Positions 9,427 through 19,693 of a DNA stretch of 64,000 bases are shown in pieces. The position numbers and the translations under genes were made by a program. The notes under the pieces are model-generated. The model saw nothing but the letters and a program-made list of their open reading frames with translations. It ran no database searches and was not told the origin of the DNA. The stretch's first letter is position 1. The number at the start of each line of letters is the position of its first letter. Source of the DNA: Candidatus Pacearchaeota archaeon (GTDB taxonomy: Archaea > Nanobdellota > Nanobdellia > Pacearchaeales > GW2011-AR1); assembly GCA_018303825.1 (NCBI GenBank), contig JAGVXK010000018.1, forward strand, positions 5,840-69,839. The letters run 5' to 3'.

Positions 9427-9939
9427 ATGAGAAGAGTGATAAGGGCTGCTGAAGTTATTTTTATCATTATCTTATTTTTTCTTTTACTGATTTGGACTTT
9501 AAGGGTTGTTTTGCCAAGACAGGTAGATGATGTCAGTCCGGGAATTTATTGTGAAAAGGAGATTATGGAAAAAAGCCGATATTTTTCAGTAATTCCCCTC
9601 TATAAAAATAAATCAATTGCAGATAATATTAGCTGGTGCAATGAGATTCTTGATTTAAATAAGACTCTGATTATGCATGGGGTTTATCATAGTTATAATG
9701 AACTTTTGGGAAATATGACTCTGGATGAAATAGAATTTGGAAAGGAAGAATTTAGGAAATGTTTTGGTTATTATCCTGAAATATTTGAGCCTCCGCAACT
9801 TGCGCTGTCAAAAGAAAATGCAAAGTTGTTGGAATCTTCCGGGTTGAGAATAAGGGCAGAGGGATTTAATTTATTTCATAAAGTTTATCATTGCAGTGAT
9901 AGCGGGAAATACTCCAATTCTTTTGTAGACAGACTCTGA
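9427..9939 (+). CDS. N-terminally anchored hypothetical protein
   Basis: Single N-terminal TM helix. LIMHGVYHSYNE is faintly reminiscent of DUF2334-type deacetylases. Promoter-like AAAGGTTTAAATT at 9393-9405. Confidence 0.35.
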   Translation: MRRVIRAAEVIFIIILFFLLLIWTLRVVLPRQVDDVSPGIYCEKEIMEKSRYFSVIPLYKNKSIADNISWCNEILDLNKTLIMHGVYHSYNELLGNMTLDEIEFGKEEFRKCFGYYPEIFEPPQLALSKENAKLLESSGLRIRAEGFNLFHKVYHCSDSGKYSNSFVDRL

Positions 9940-10053
9940 TAATATCCAATAATCAGAAGATTATTACCCAATATTCAATTAGCGCTAAAAATAATTCATG
10001 ACATTATCGGTTTTAAGATATTAATTGATATGGTTTAGGGATGAAGTTGGAGA

Positions 10054-10638
10054 TTATTTGTGATGCTTGTCCAAAAGAGATTTAAATGACTTCTGGGTTT
10101 CAATGACTTCTTTCCTTATATCTTCCACATTTGTCACATATTCCCCAACTTTTTGCAATACTGAAAGCTGTAGTCTATCCAGGATTTTTTCTATTCTTTT
10201 CATCCTTTCATCTAAGAAATCAATTTTTGCATCCACTATATTCTTAAAATCTATAACTTTCTCTAATTGATCTCTTATCTGAGCAAGTTTTTCAGTTACT
10301 ACTTGCTCTGAGATTTCAGTTATTGTATCTGGGCTATATGAGGGATATTGTGCATAATCTTGTCCATATTGCTGATAATCCTGCTGAGCAGGCATTGATT
10401 GTGGTCCATATTGCTGATAATCTTGCTGAGCTTGGTCTTGATAAGGAATTGGTGCAGAGGGAATTTCTTCCGGTTGACCTTGGTTTACTATAGATTGCTG
10501 CATATTGCTATCTCCATTAGACTGCTCTATTGGCTCCCCAATTGCGGATTTTATCATTTCTTGCTCTTCCCTGCTTGTTTCGTCTGCCATTTTTCTTTTT
10601 TTATTTACTATTTTTCTATTTTGTTCTAAAGAGGTCAA
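10054..10638 (-). CDS. Q/Y-rich low-complexity + coiled-coil protein
   Basis: Repeats QDYQQYGPQSMPAQQDYQQYGQDYAQY, with a near-identical DNA duplication around 10361-10432. C-terminal heptad-like region. Confidence 0.45.
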   Translation of the reverse strand: MTSLEQNRKIVNKKRKMADETSREEQEMIKSAIGEPIEQSNGDSNMQQSIVNQGQPEEIPSAPIPYQDQAQQDYQQYGPQSMPAQQDYQQYGQDYAQYPSYSPDTITEISEQVVTEKLAQIRDQLEKVIDFKNIVDAKIDFLDERMKRIEKILDRLQLSVLQKVGEYVTNVEDIRKEVIETQKSFKSLLDKHHK

Positions 10639-10915
10639 ATTGCCTTTGCAATATCATTAGTTCCTCTTTTCTTGCCAAGTTCGACAGTTGTTCTGACATC
10701 TTTTGAAGGAAATCTTTTATTTTTGACATGTCTTCTTTCAATGCCATGACCTCTTTTTTTATCTCTTGCACTCTGGAGAAATTTTTATCTCTTTCATCAA
10801 CAAGAGCATTCCCTATTAGGAGCAGGCGGTCTTTTAATAGGTTTTGCTTTTCCTCAAAATCCTTAAGCCTGAATATAGTGTCCTGATAAGGGTCATATCC
10901 CTGCTGGTCGTCCAT
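10616..10915 (-). CDS. Small coiled-coil protein
   Basis: 99 aa, charged heptad-like sequence. Overlaps the downstream ORF by 23 nt. Confidence 0.4.
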   Translation of the reverse strand: MDDQQGYDPYQDTIFRLKDFEEKQNLLKDRLLLIGNALVDERDKNFSRVQEIKKEVMALKEDMSKIKDFLQKMSEQLSNLARKEELMILQRQFDLFRTK

Positions 10916-10940
10916 GTCTATGGTAGTAAAAGGTAGTTTA

Positions 10941-10965
10941 AAATAGTTTTGTTACAAAACTATTT
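10941..10965. promoter_or_regulatory. Perfect 11-bp inverted repeat AAATAGTTTTG-tta-CAAAACTATTT
   Basis: Read directly. Lies 26 nt upstream of the minus-strand start at 10915, next to AAAGGTAGTTTAAAATA. Confidence 0.4.
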
Positions 10966-11205
10966 AAGTTTAGATTAACTCTTTTTTTAATGGTTTTTAC
11001 GTTAAAAGATTTTATGAAAAGGTATGATGAGCATAGAGAAAGAATACAGAGAGAGCTTTATAGAAAAGCCGATTTTGATGCTAATGGGGGAGGATGAATA
11101 TTATGAGGATTTTGGAAGAGAGGTAGAAGAACATCCGATCCATTCTCCCGGCAAAAGATATGGAATTAGGGCATCATAGAAACTTATTTAACTCGAGGTA
11201 TATAG

Positions 11206-13488
11206 TTGTTCTTGAAAATGGTGTTTAAAGAGGATGCTCCTGTTGGGGCTTTTGAAATTGAAAAGAAACAGGGGGAAGAGGTGTTATATGCTAATTATCT
11301 TAGAGCCAGCTTTGTTCCAAGCATAGCAGATAACCCCGCGATAATGGATTATGTCATAACCGTACTGGCAGACAATCCAAACATCTCCAGGATGGTATTT
11401 GTTCAGCAGAGGAATTACAACTATCCCTCTGAGCAAGTATTGATGCTTTCAGAGATAGCCGGAATTTATGTTTTCCTGACAAAACAAGAGAATATATTGT
11501 CTCCTGAAAAATTGAGCGTGTTTGGAAATGTACCCCAAATTTACCAGGAGATTAATTATTTTTTGACATTGCTAAGGCAAGACCCAATTGGCTCTTATTT
11601 TGAGCTAAAGAGAAGAATTAAGGAGGGAAGAGAGCAGATGGAAAAAAGTATGATGGGAAAATCAAGTTTTATGAATTATGTAAGGCTTTTAGAAAGAATT
11701 GTTCTTCTTTTGGAAAATTCAAAATTAATAAGATATGTCCTTGCAAATAATGAAACGTATATTCCCAATAGCAGGGAGATTTATAAAAAAATTTTTAGGT
11801 ATGATATTCTTCCTAATTTTAGCTTCACAAGATTAGTTGCACAGATACCCAAAGATGCCGAATTGATTGATCAGTATGAAATAGAAGATGATATGGAAAA
11901 TATAACTGTTACAATATTAAAGAGAAAGAATGAGGGCAAGTATTTTTATCATATTATGCCTCCAGAATACTCCTTATCAGAGGAGCAGCATATGCTTCTT
12001 ACTCTTGCTAGAAATGTTCTTGTCGAGCATAGGCCCAAGGCGGAGGAATTCACAGACCCGGAGAAGACAAGAAACGTTTTCATGAATGTTTCAAAAGGAT
12101 TGTTAACAGAATTATCTAATAGCAAAGGGATAAGCTTGAATTATCGTGAATTGAATAAATTAGCTTCTATTCTTGTCAGGCACACTCTTGGATTTGGTTT
12201 GATAGAAGTTTTGTTGAAGGATAATAAATTGCAGGACATTGTCCTTAATGCTCCTATCGCCCTGAATAATGTTTTTGTAAGACATGAAAAATATGATGAA
12301 TGTGTAACTAACATAGTGCCCAGCTTTGAAGATGCTGATTCATGGGCAGCAAAATTAAGACTGCAATCTGGGAGGCCATTAGATGAGGCGAATCCTGTTC
12401 TTGACACAGAACTATTGTTTGGGAATACAAGAGCGAGAGTTGCCGCAATAAAGGAGCCATTATCTCCGAATGGATTAGCATACGCAATCAGAAGGCACAG
12501 GGATGCTCCTTGGACTCTGCCATTATTTATAAAAAACAAGATGATTAATTCTTTTACAGCAGGTTTATTTAGTTTTCTTGTTGATGGAAGCAGAACTTTG
12601 CTTGTCGCAGGAACAAGGAGCTCAGGAAAAACTTCTCTGCTTGGAGCACTAATGCTCGAAATAATGCCCAAGTTCAGGGTTATTTTAATTGAAGACACTC
12701 TTGAACTTCCTGCTGATTCTTTGAGAAAAAATGGATACGATATATTAAGGATGAAAGTTAGGTCTGCTCTTGTGCAGGGAACAACCGAAGTAGAAGCAAG
12801 CGAAGGAATAAGAACAAGTTTGAGACTGGGAGATTCTGCGCTGATAGTTGGGGAAGTAAGAAGCGAGGAGGCAAAGGCGTTGTATGAGGCAATGAGAGTA
12901 GGAGCGTTGGCAAATGTTGTCGCAGGAACAATACACGGAGATTCGCCTTATGGAGTGTTTGACAGAGTGGTTAACGATCTTAATGTTCAGCCCACAAGCT
13001 TTAAAGCGACTGATTTAATTATTGTAGCTAATCCGGTAAAGACTCCCGATGGATTGCATTCATTAAGAAGAGTAGTGCAGGTAACAGAAGTAAGAAAACA
13101 CTGGCAAAAAGATCCATTGGAAGAAAGAGGATTTGTTGACTTGTTGAGATATAATGTGGAGAAAGATGAATTGGAGCCAACGCCTGAACTGATAAATGGA
13201 GATTCTGAAATAATAAAGGCTATAGCTGCAAGTGTCAAGGGATGGGCTGGAAATTGGGACGCTGTTTATGATAATATTATTCTTAGGGGGAAAATAAAGC
13301 AGGAAATTATAAATATTGCAGAGAAACTGAACAAGCCAGAAATGTTGGAAGCTCCTTTTAACACTATCTCAAACAATGCATTTCATTCTATAAGCGAAGA
13401 AGTAATGAAAGAATTTGGGCTTCCAGTAAGCGAGGAAATCTTTCCACGATGGAGAAAGTGGGCTTTGGACGAGGCTAAGAAATTTTAA
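11206..13488 (+). CDS. Type II/IV secretion-family ATPase (PilB/ArlI-like) with long N-terminal extension
   Basis: Walker A AGTRSSGKTS, Walker B-like RVILIEDTLE, GEVRSEEA motif. About 450 aa precede the ATPase core. Confidence 0.8.
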   Translation: MFLKMVFKEDAPVGAFEIEKKQGEEVLYANYLRASFVPSIADNPAIMDYVITVLADNPNISRMVFVQQRNYNYPSEQVLMLSEIAGIYVFLTKQENILSPEKLSVFGNVPQIYQEINYFLTLLRQDPIGSYFELKRRIKEGREQMEKSMMGKSSFMNYVRLLERIVLLLENSKLIRYVLANNETYIPNSREIYKKIFRYDILPNFSFTRLVAQIPKDAELIDQYEIEDDMENITVTILKRKNEGKYFYHIMPPEYSLSEEQHMLLTLARNVLVEHRPKAEEFTDPEKTRNVFMNVSKGLLTELSNSKGISLNYRELNKLASILVRHTLGFGLIEVLLKDNKLQDIVLNAPIALNNVFVRHEKYDECVTNIVPSFEDADSWAAKLRLQSGRPLDEANPVLDTELLFGNTRARVAAIKEPLSPNGLAYAIRRHRDAPWTLPLFIKNKMINSFTAGLFSFLVDGSRTLLVAGTRSSGKTSLLGALMLEIMPKFRVILIEDTLELPADSLRKNGYDILRMKVRSALVQGTTEVEASEGIRTSLRLGDSALIVGEVRSEEAKALYEAMRVGALANVVAGTIHGDSPYGVFDRVVNDLNVQPTSFKATDLIIVANPVKTPDGLHSLRRVVQVTEVRKHWQKDPLEERGFVDLLRYNVEKDELEPTPELINGDSEIIKAIAASVKGWAGNWDAVYDNIILRGKIKQEIINIAEKLNKPEMLEAPFNTISNNAFHSISEEVMKEFGLPVSEEIFPRWRKWALDEAKKF

Positions 13489-13492
13489 ATAA

Positions 13493-15661
13493 CTATCCAA
13501 CTAAACCTGAAAGAGAGATTGCTGCTAGCAAGGTCAGGGCTAAGATTGATATTAATGCAGTTGCAAGATAAAGATAAATTCCTCTTTTCAGGTATCTGGA
13601 AAGGTCATATTTTTCTCTCAAAGGGTCTTTTCCCGAATCTACTGTTACCAATGCAGCCGTAAGGATGAATATTATTTCAATAAGGTAGATTCCAATTGAA
13701 ACCTGGACATAGTATGGAGGAATCATTTTAGTTATGTCAAATATTGACAAGATGTTGCCTATATTTCCAAATTCTCCGGCAGCACTTGTGCCTCCAGCAA
13801 GCTCGGAAATAGCCTGAAGTTTGTTTAGAATAGTGGCTATCATTGAGGAAAGGCCGACAATTATTCCAGCGAGCAATGGTGCAAGGAAAGTCATGTTTGA
13901 TTTCATGTCTGAAACTATCTCTGCTAACAAATCTCTAAGTCTCTGGTTTATTTTTTGGATGTTCTTCACGTATTCTGATATTGACATTAAAGATCTTGCT
14001 GCAATCTGTAGACCTTTCTTTACAGATTCAACCAGGATTTTCATAGAAGTTGAAATCAATGAAGATGGATAGTATGAAAGAGCGCCTCTTTGTCTGTTGA
14101 ATATAGCTTCTTCCAGGGACATTCCAGTGCCTTGAATATTATGATTAACAAGAGAGAAGAAGCTGGAAGTTGTTTGTCCTGTTGTAGATTCTGCCACTTT
14201 GCTAAAAGCAATTTCCGCTGGAATTCCATCCCCAATTCTATTGCCAAGCTGAAATAATGAGTTTGTGAATTCTTCTTCCAGCTTTGCTGTTCCATCTCTT
14301 GCTTTTATTAATTCACGGGTTTTCAATTTATAAGCAATTGAGAAGAATAATGCTATGGACAGAGGGATGAAGAGACCGAGAATCATGGCAATTGGACCGA
14401 ATGGACCCACTGTTCCAGTGCCGACTGACTTAAAGTCAAACATTTTTGTGTCACCAAGAAGCTGAATGCCTAATTGAGTGAAACTGTAATCTTTTGCTAG
14501 CCCTAACCCCGATAGAATTCCTGATTGGAAGACGAAAGGAATTATTCCTATTATTAATAATGGGAATGAAACTAAGAATGCAATTAACCAGGGTCTTTTT
14601 GAGGCAAACTTATAATAATTTGGATTTAATTCCAAGACAGAGGTTTCACCATATCCTCCGGGTCTTTTTAGCAGGACTTCTGAAGTAAGGTAGAAGACAA
14701 AAAATGGAATTATTATGTTAAAAATCAAGAATATATGCTGCCATCTTAAAATTCCCTGAAGCAGAGTTGATGCCAAAGGAAGAAGAGCAAGACCAAGAGT
14801 AGGAAGAACTATTCCCAACATATAAATATTTGTCAATGGAGAGCGGATTTCACGGGAATATTTCAACATCTTTTCATAAACCCCATCAAGAATTATCTGA
14901 AGAGACTTTTCCAATATTTGGACTCTTCTTGACTCACTTGGCTCGAACAAAGAGGATTCTATTAAATGGAAAGATTCGATAAATTCGGGAGCATAATCTC
15001 TCCAGTTTTCTAAGTAATTGTCCATTGAGGATTTGATTGTTGAAAATTTTCCAATTTCTACATCATAAAATACTTTTTTGAAATCAAGAGCTAGAGGGCC
15101 TTCAAGATGTTCTGAAGCAAATTCTATTGCTTTTTCTAAATTAGATGTATGCTTCATGTAAACTACCATGTATAAAATTGCAGGAATCATTTGGGAGGAG
15201 GCTTTTAATCTCCAGGAATTTGCAATTCTTTGAGGAAGGGTATATGCGTAGTAAAAGATGAATACTCCGGTTATGATTCCTAGGAAGGCAAATAACAATA
15301 TATTTCCTATATCTGTATCAGGGTTTATCAGATAGATAGACAGGGAAGACAAGAGGGTTAAGAAGAAAACAACAATTAAAGATAACAACGCAAGAGTCAT
15401 TGCTTGACTTGCGGTTACATCTAAATGGGCTATTTTTAGGGATTTTTCTGTTCTTATTCTGTCTTTTTCAGAAGGTTTTATCTTTATTATGCCGCCAAGA
15501 GATTTCGCCCAGCGTTCATATTTTGTAAGTTTAGGAATCATTTCTTGCTTGAATTTTTCATAATCTCTGGAAGAGTTTGTTCTTTTCAAGCCCAGTTCAG
15601 ATTCTATCTTTTCTCCATATTTTTTCAAGATGTCTTCTGCTGAATTGGGTTTTATTTCCAT
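13493..15661 (-). CDS. Polytopic platform protein (TadC/ArlJ/PilC-like)
   Basis: 722 aa with many TM helices separated by soluble helical domains. Convergent with the ATPase, 4 nt apart. Family call rests on architecture and context. Confidence 0.6.
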   Translation of the reverse strand: MEIKPNSAEDILKKYGEKIESELGLKRTNSSRDYEKFKQEMIPKLTKYERWAKSLGGIIKIKPSEKDRIRTEKSLKIAHLDVTASQAMTLALLSLIVVFFLTLLSSLSIYLINPDTDIGNILLFAFLGIITGVFIFYYAYTLPQRIANSWRLKASSQMIPAILYMVVYMKHTSNLEKAIEFASEHLEGPLALDFKKVFYDVEIGKFSTIKSSMDNYLENWRDYAPEFIESFHLIESSLFEPSESRRVQILEKSLQIILDGVYEKMLKYSREIRSPLTNIYMLGIVLPTLGLALLPLASTLLQGILRWQHIFLIFNIIIPFFVFYLTSEVLLKRPGGYGETSVLELNPNYYKFASKRPWLIAFLVSFPLLIIGIIPFVFQSGILSGLGLAKDYSFTQLGIQLLGDTKMFDFKSVGTGTVGPFGPIAMILGLFIPLSIALFFSIAYKLKTRELIKARDGTAKLEEEFTNSLFQLGNRIGDGIPAEIAFSKVAESTTGQTTSSFFSLVNHNIQGTGMSLEEAIFNRQRGALSYYPSSLISTSMKILVESVKKGLQIAARSLMSISEYVKNIQKINQRLRDLLAEIVSDMKSNMTFLAPLLAGIIVGLSSMIATILNKLQAISELAGGTSAAGEFGNIGNILSIFDITKMIPPYYVQVSIGIYLIEIIFILTAALVTVDSGKDPLREKYDLSRYLKRGIYLYLATALISILALTLLAAISLSGLVG

Positions 15662-15897
15662 GAATTGCCTCTTTATTAAACAAAGATTAGAACAAAAAGG
15701 ATATTATAAATTATACGTTTTATTCGCATAAACTTCTATTAAACCAAGGGGCGATAACTGATTTTGCCATTGATATTTTATAATGTTAGCTTAACGAATT
15801 TTTATAGTTTATCATCGGTATTTTAATTTTTATTATCTTTTAAGTTGATAGAATTACATATAAATAGATTTAATAATCCATTTGATTTTGAATCTCA

Positions 15898-16053
15898 ATG
15901 AAGAAAAAAGGGGAAATTAGCACAGAGATGGTAGTCTGGATAGTAATAGCCATTCTTGTCCTGATTATATTTGTCGTGCTTTCCATTTATCTGAGGGCAA
16001 AGGGAATTGGAGCTATCGAGTTTGTGAAAAATATATTTAGGTTTGGGAGCTAA
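15898..16053 (+). CDS. Mini pilin-like protein (51 aa)
   Basis: Own translation: MKKKGEISTEMVVWIVIAILVLIIFVVLSIYLRAKG... TATA-like ACATATAAATAG about 27 nt upstream. Confidence 0.5.
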   Translation: MKKKGEISTEMVVWIVIAILVLIIFVVLSIYLRAKGIGAIEFVKNIFRFGS

Positions 16054-16054
16054 A

Positions 16055-16597
16055 ATGATAAAAATGAAAAAGATGAATAGGAGGGGAGAATCATCGGGAA
16101 ATGCGGTAATTTTAGGGCTGATTGTAGGTTTACTGGTTATAGTTATTGTCGGCATATTTTTTTTCAGAAATAATATTATTGAGCTGATTAGGAACATTCC
16201 CGGATATAGCGTTGATACGAGAGACAAGGAGGTTTCTGTCGATGTCCCTGCTTTAACCGGAGATAGTTTACTGTGTAATGCGGCTGCAGTGATTGCGACA
16301 ATAGACGGCGCAACCAGGGAGATTATATTCAAAATAGATGGGAAGGATGTTCGCCCAGGATTTAAAATCGACAATAAAAGGTATCAATGGACTGCTAATT
16401 GGGATAATCTTCTTTACATTAAATATACGAAAGGGATTGACAGTACTGTTGCTGTTTTGTCAGTTTATAAAAATGCAAAATTGATAAAGATTACGGAGTA
16501 TCCTTCGGATATTGTTGCTGCAAATTATCTTCAACAGCTGGAAAATACTTTTATCGCATATAATACTCCGAATTATATTTGCAGGATAAAAATATGA
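16055..16597 (+). CDS. Pilin-like protein with class-III-like signal
   Basis: MIKMKKMNRRGESSGNAVILGLIVGLLVIVIVGIFFF. Confidence 0.6.
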   Translation: MIKMKKMNRRGESSGNAVILGLIVGLLVIVIVGIFFFRNNIIELIRNIPGYSVDTRDKEVSVDVPALTGDSLLCNAAAVIATIDGATREIIFKIDGKDVRPGFKIDNKRYQWTANWDNLLYIKYTKGIDSTVAVLSVYKNAKLIKITEYPSDIVAANYLQQLENTFIAYNTPNYICRIKI

Positions 16598-17289
16598 ACA
16601 AGAAGGGAATTCTTATGCCTGAGGTGATGAAGATTATTATTGCGGTAGTCTGCATTCTTTTTTTGGTTATTCTTTCAGTTCAGTTGTATAATTTGTTTAA
16701 TTCAAAAACAAGAATTGAGCAGGCGAAAACAAATGCGGAAAATATTGCTTTGAGAATGAATGCTCTTGAAGAAGGAGAAAGCTTTACCTATCAATTGCTT
16801 TCTCCTTCTGGATATATTCTGACAGGATGGCCTATTGATTCAAAGCTCCCAAGCCAGTGTCTAAGCAAGGGATGGACGAATTGCATTTGCTTTTGCAAAT
16901 ATTCAAAAGATGCTAATTCTAATTTGAGGAGCGCAGCTCATGCATTCTTTGAAAATAATATTCTTACAAATTGGCTGGCAGAGATTAAATTAATTATCAC
17001 TTTAGGGCAAAGCCTTGACCCTGTTGGGGGTGTTTATGACAGCTGTCAAAGTAACCATGTCTGTACGGAAGTCAAGGGAAAGACTAATGTCAACAGTGCG
17101 AAGTTCAACGATGAATTGACTATCATGGAAGTGCTCAAGAAGATTAGAAAGTCCCAAAACGACCTTATTGAGTTTATTGTCAGAATGTCTGAGAGAAAGA
17201 TTTCCATAAGTGTAAATGATTTAATGCAATATAAGAAAGCAATCATAGTTTCACTAAAGGGAGGGGTTTACACAATAGAGCCCGAATAA
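16594..17289 (+). CDS. Pilin-like protein
   Basis: MNKKGILMPEVMKIIIAVVCILFLVIL. ATGA overlap with the previous stop. Confidence 0.6.
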   Translation: MNKKGILMPEVMKIIIAVVCILFLVILSVQLYNLFNSKTRIEQAKTNAENIALRMNALEEGESFTYQLLSPSGYILTGWPIDSKLPSQCLSKGWTNCICFCKYSKDANSNLRSAAHAFFENNILTNWLAEIKLIITLGQSLDPVGGVYDSCQSNHVCTEVKGKTNVNSAKFNDELTIMEVLKKIRKSQNDLIEFIVRMSERKISISVNDLMQYKKAIIVSLKGGVYTIEPE

Positions 17290-17290
17290 C

Positions 17291-17443
17291 ATGAAAATAT
17301 TTGATTTTTTTAGAGATTGTTTTGGGAGAAATAGAAAAGGAGAGGGGCACTTTGACACTTTCTTCAAGATTATTTTATGGCTGATTGTATTTGCAGTCTT
17401 GATTGTTGCTTTATACTTTCTTTTGAAGAGATTGACTGGATAA
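17291..17443 (+). CDS. Mini pilin-like protein (50 aa)
   Basis: Own translation: MKIFDFFRDCFGRNRKGEGHFDTFFKIILWLIVFAVLIVALYFLLKRLTG. Confidence 0.4.
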   Translation: MKIFDFFRDCFGRNRKGEGHFDTFFKIILWLIVFAVLIVALYFLLKRLTG

Positions 17444-17470
17444 AAATAAAAAGGAAGAATAATTAACAAA

Positions 17471-18616
17471 ATGATAAAGATGAGCAAAATGAATAGAAAA
17501 GGGGAATTGACAACAGGACAGATAATAAGTATCATACTTATCATCATAGGTTTTCTTGCTCTGCTTTGGTTTGTGGTTTATCAGCTTGGATTCTCTGGGA
17601 GGATAGACAAGGATACCTGTCATACAAGTGTTGTTTTAAGGGGCACTTTGCCGTCATTGGGCGGGGCAGAGCAATATGCTCCATTGAAATGCAAGGCTGA
17701 AAAAATATGCATCACAGCAGGATTTATCGGGGGAAATTGTGAGAGTGATTATGGGAATGAGAAAGGAATTACAAAAGTCAAAGTTAATGATATTGAACAA
17801 ATCCAGCAATTCATTGCGCAGGATATTGTTGAATGCTGGAATATAATGGGGCAGGGAAAGGTTAATTTATTCTCACAATGGATTGCTGGCACATATGGGA
17901 TAGGGAGTGTTTATCCTACTTGTGTTGTCTGTTCTAGAATTGCCTTTGATAGGGAGAAATTGAGCAATATTGGAATTAATTTAGGAGATATGGATTTGAA
18001 TAAGTATATGAGCACGCATTTAATTCCCGGGAAGACTATTACTTACACAGACTTTTTTGCTGGAGAAAATTCAAAGGTAAAAATTAGCGATACAATAACT
18101 TTGCCAAAAGGAACAACTATAAATGGAAAAACGAGTTTAATTGCTAGTGATGAAAATGTTCCGGTGCAAGAGCTTACACAAGAGGAAATAGATGCTCAAA
18201 TTGCAGAAGAGAGAAAAAATGCAGATTTGCAGTCAAGAGCATTTGCTATTTTATTTATGCAGATTAGCGCACCAACTCAATTTGGAAGCGCGGCTAACAT
18301 TGGAAAGACATTATTTGTTGGAGGAGTAAGTTCATTTGTATTGGCTCCTGGAGTCACCACTTCAGCTGTTAAAAGCGGAGCGAAGTTGTGCACTTCAGGA
18401 GGATGGGTTGGTCCTGCGGTATGCGGCGGATTATTGGCTTTAGTAGGAATTGCACAGCAGACAAATGTTGCGATAAACAGACAAGTGACTGCAGGGTATT
18501 GCGGGGATGTTTCGGTTGGAACAGATGCCAGAAATGGATGCTCTGCTGTAAGAACAGTTCATTACGATGTAAGTGAAATAAGCAATTATTGTTCTATAAT
18601 AGAAGGTATTCCTTAA
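17471..18616 (+). CDS. Large Cys-rich pilin-like protein (381 aa)
   Basis: MNRKGELTTGQIISIILIIIGFLALLWF. About a dozen Cys in the extracellular part. Confidence 0.6.
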   Translation: MIKMSKMNRKGELTTGQIISIILIIIGFLALLWFVVYQLGFSGRIDKDTCHTSVVLRGTLPSLGGAEQYAPLKCKAEKICITAGFIGGNCESDYGNEKGITKVKVNDIEQIQQFIAQDIVECWNIMGQGKVNLFSQWIAGTYGIGSVYPTCVVCSRIAFDREKLSNIGINLGDMDLNKYMSTHLIPGKTITYTDFFAGENSKVKISDTITLPKGTTINGKTSLIASDENVPVQELTQEEIDAQIAEERKNADLQSRAFAILFMQISAPTQFGSAANIGKTLFVGGVSSFVLAPGVTTSAVKSGAKLCTSGGWVGPAVCGGLLALVGIAQQTNVAINRQVTAGYCGDVSVGTDARNGCSAVRTVHYDVSEISNYCSIIEGIP

Positions 18617-18741
18617 TTAATTAAATGTATTTCTGTTAAGAAGTATGGTTAATTTTATTATTGCTATTTTATGATTTTTCATCTATTGAGTTAATAATTA
18701 AAAATAAGTAAATTTATAACCTGAAAGTGATTGGATAGGAA

Positions 18742-19164
18742 ATGAACAAAAGAGGAGAGATGATTGGTCTGGAAACTTTGCTGTTTTTCCTGCTTAATCT
18801 CGCATTTATGGTGGTTTTAATGATATTTATTTTGAATTCCAGCTATGGTGCATTGGTTTACGAGCAGACTTATGCAAAACAAATCGTGCTGTTAATAGAT
18901 GGGGCAAAAACAAATACAGATTTAGGAATTGATATGACTAATGCTATTGAAGTTGCTAGGAAATATATTTCCACAAATAAAGCAGAGACGAGCGATGAAA
19001 TATTGAAAAGAGCAATTATAATTGATAAGGAAAAAGGCACGATAACTGTCAGCTTGAGTGGCCGAGGAGGTTATAGCTATAAGTATTTTTCAGGATATGA
19101 TGTGAATCTTGAAACTGCAGGAGTTATATTGAAAATAAATGTGAGAGAAAAGGAAAATGCTTAG
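18742..19164 (+). CDS. Pilin-like protein
   Basis: MNKRGEMIGLETLLFFLLNLAFMVVLMIF. TATA-like AAATTTATAACC about 28 nt upstream. Confidence 0.6.
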   Translation: MNKRGEMIGLETLLFFLLNLAFMVVLMIFILNSSYGALVYEQTYAKQIVLLIDGAKTNTDLGIDMTNAIEVARKYISTNKAETSDEILKRAIIIDKEKGTITVSLSGRGGYSYKYFSGYDVNLETAGVILKINVREKENA

Positions 19165-19693
19165 TGTGAATAAAATGAACAAGAGGGGGGGAGAGAAGCT
19201 TCTTGCTATTTGGTGGTTTTTTGTCTTAATTGTCATTGGGGTGGGAATTGTTGCCGGAGTTCTGATATTTTATAATGCTAATGTTGATGCGAGGACCTTA
19301 GAAGCACAGGTTCTTTCAGAAAGGATATTCTCTTGTATTGTGAAAGATAACTTTTTTGATAAGGAAGTTATGAATAATTTTGATGCGATATACAAAAAAT
19401 GCGGATTAAATGATAAATTATTTACTGGAGACGGAGTTTTTTATTTTAAGATTAGTTTGTACGATGGAGATAATTTATTTTACGAAAAAAGCAGCGATTT
19501 GAAATCTTTTGAGACTGATTGTGCGATTGCTTCGGAGATGAAAAAGGCAGACTATTTTCCTCGATGTGTAAAAAGCAGCGAGAATGTTTTGTTTTATGAT
19601 AATAATGAATTGAAATCACTCAGACTTGAAGTTCTCGCTGGAAGCAATCAATTTGGAAGGAGGGTAAGTTTAGCAGAAAATGACAAAAATTAA
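19157..19693 (+). CDS. Pilin-like protein
   Basis: MNKRGGEKLLAIWWFFVLIVIGVGIVAGVLIF. Alternative start at 19175. Confidence 0.6.
   Translation: MLSVNKMNKRGGEKLLAIWWFFVLIVIGVGIVAGVLIFYNANVDARTLEAQVLSERIFSCIVKDNFFDKEVMNNFDAIYKKCGLNDKLFTGDGVFYFKISLYDGDNLFYEKSSDLKSFETDCAIASEMKKADYFPRCVKSSENVLFYDNNELKSLRLEVLAGSNQFGRRVSLAENDKN

Noticed and set aside
12141-12698. Long antisense ORFs inside confident genes (for example 12141..12698, 41682..42209, 8638..9108, 15895..16374, and the many minus-strand ORFs inside 50233..56388)
   Set aside because: Each lies fully within a longer ORF that has recognisable motifs or membrane topology. Their translations are low-complexity or Cys/Ser/Phe-rich artefacts of reading coding sequence backwards.
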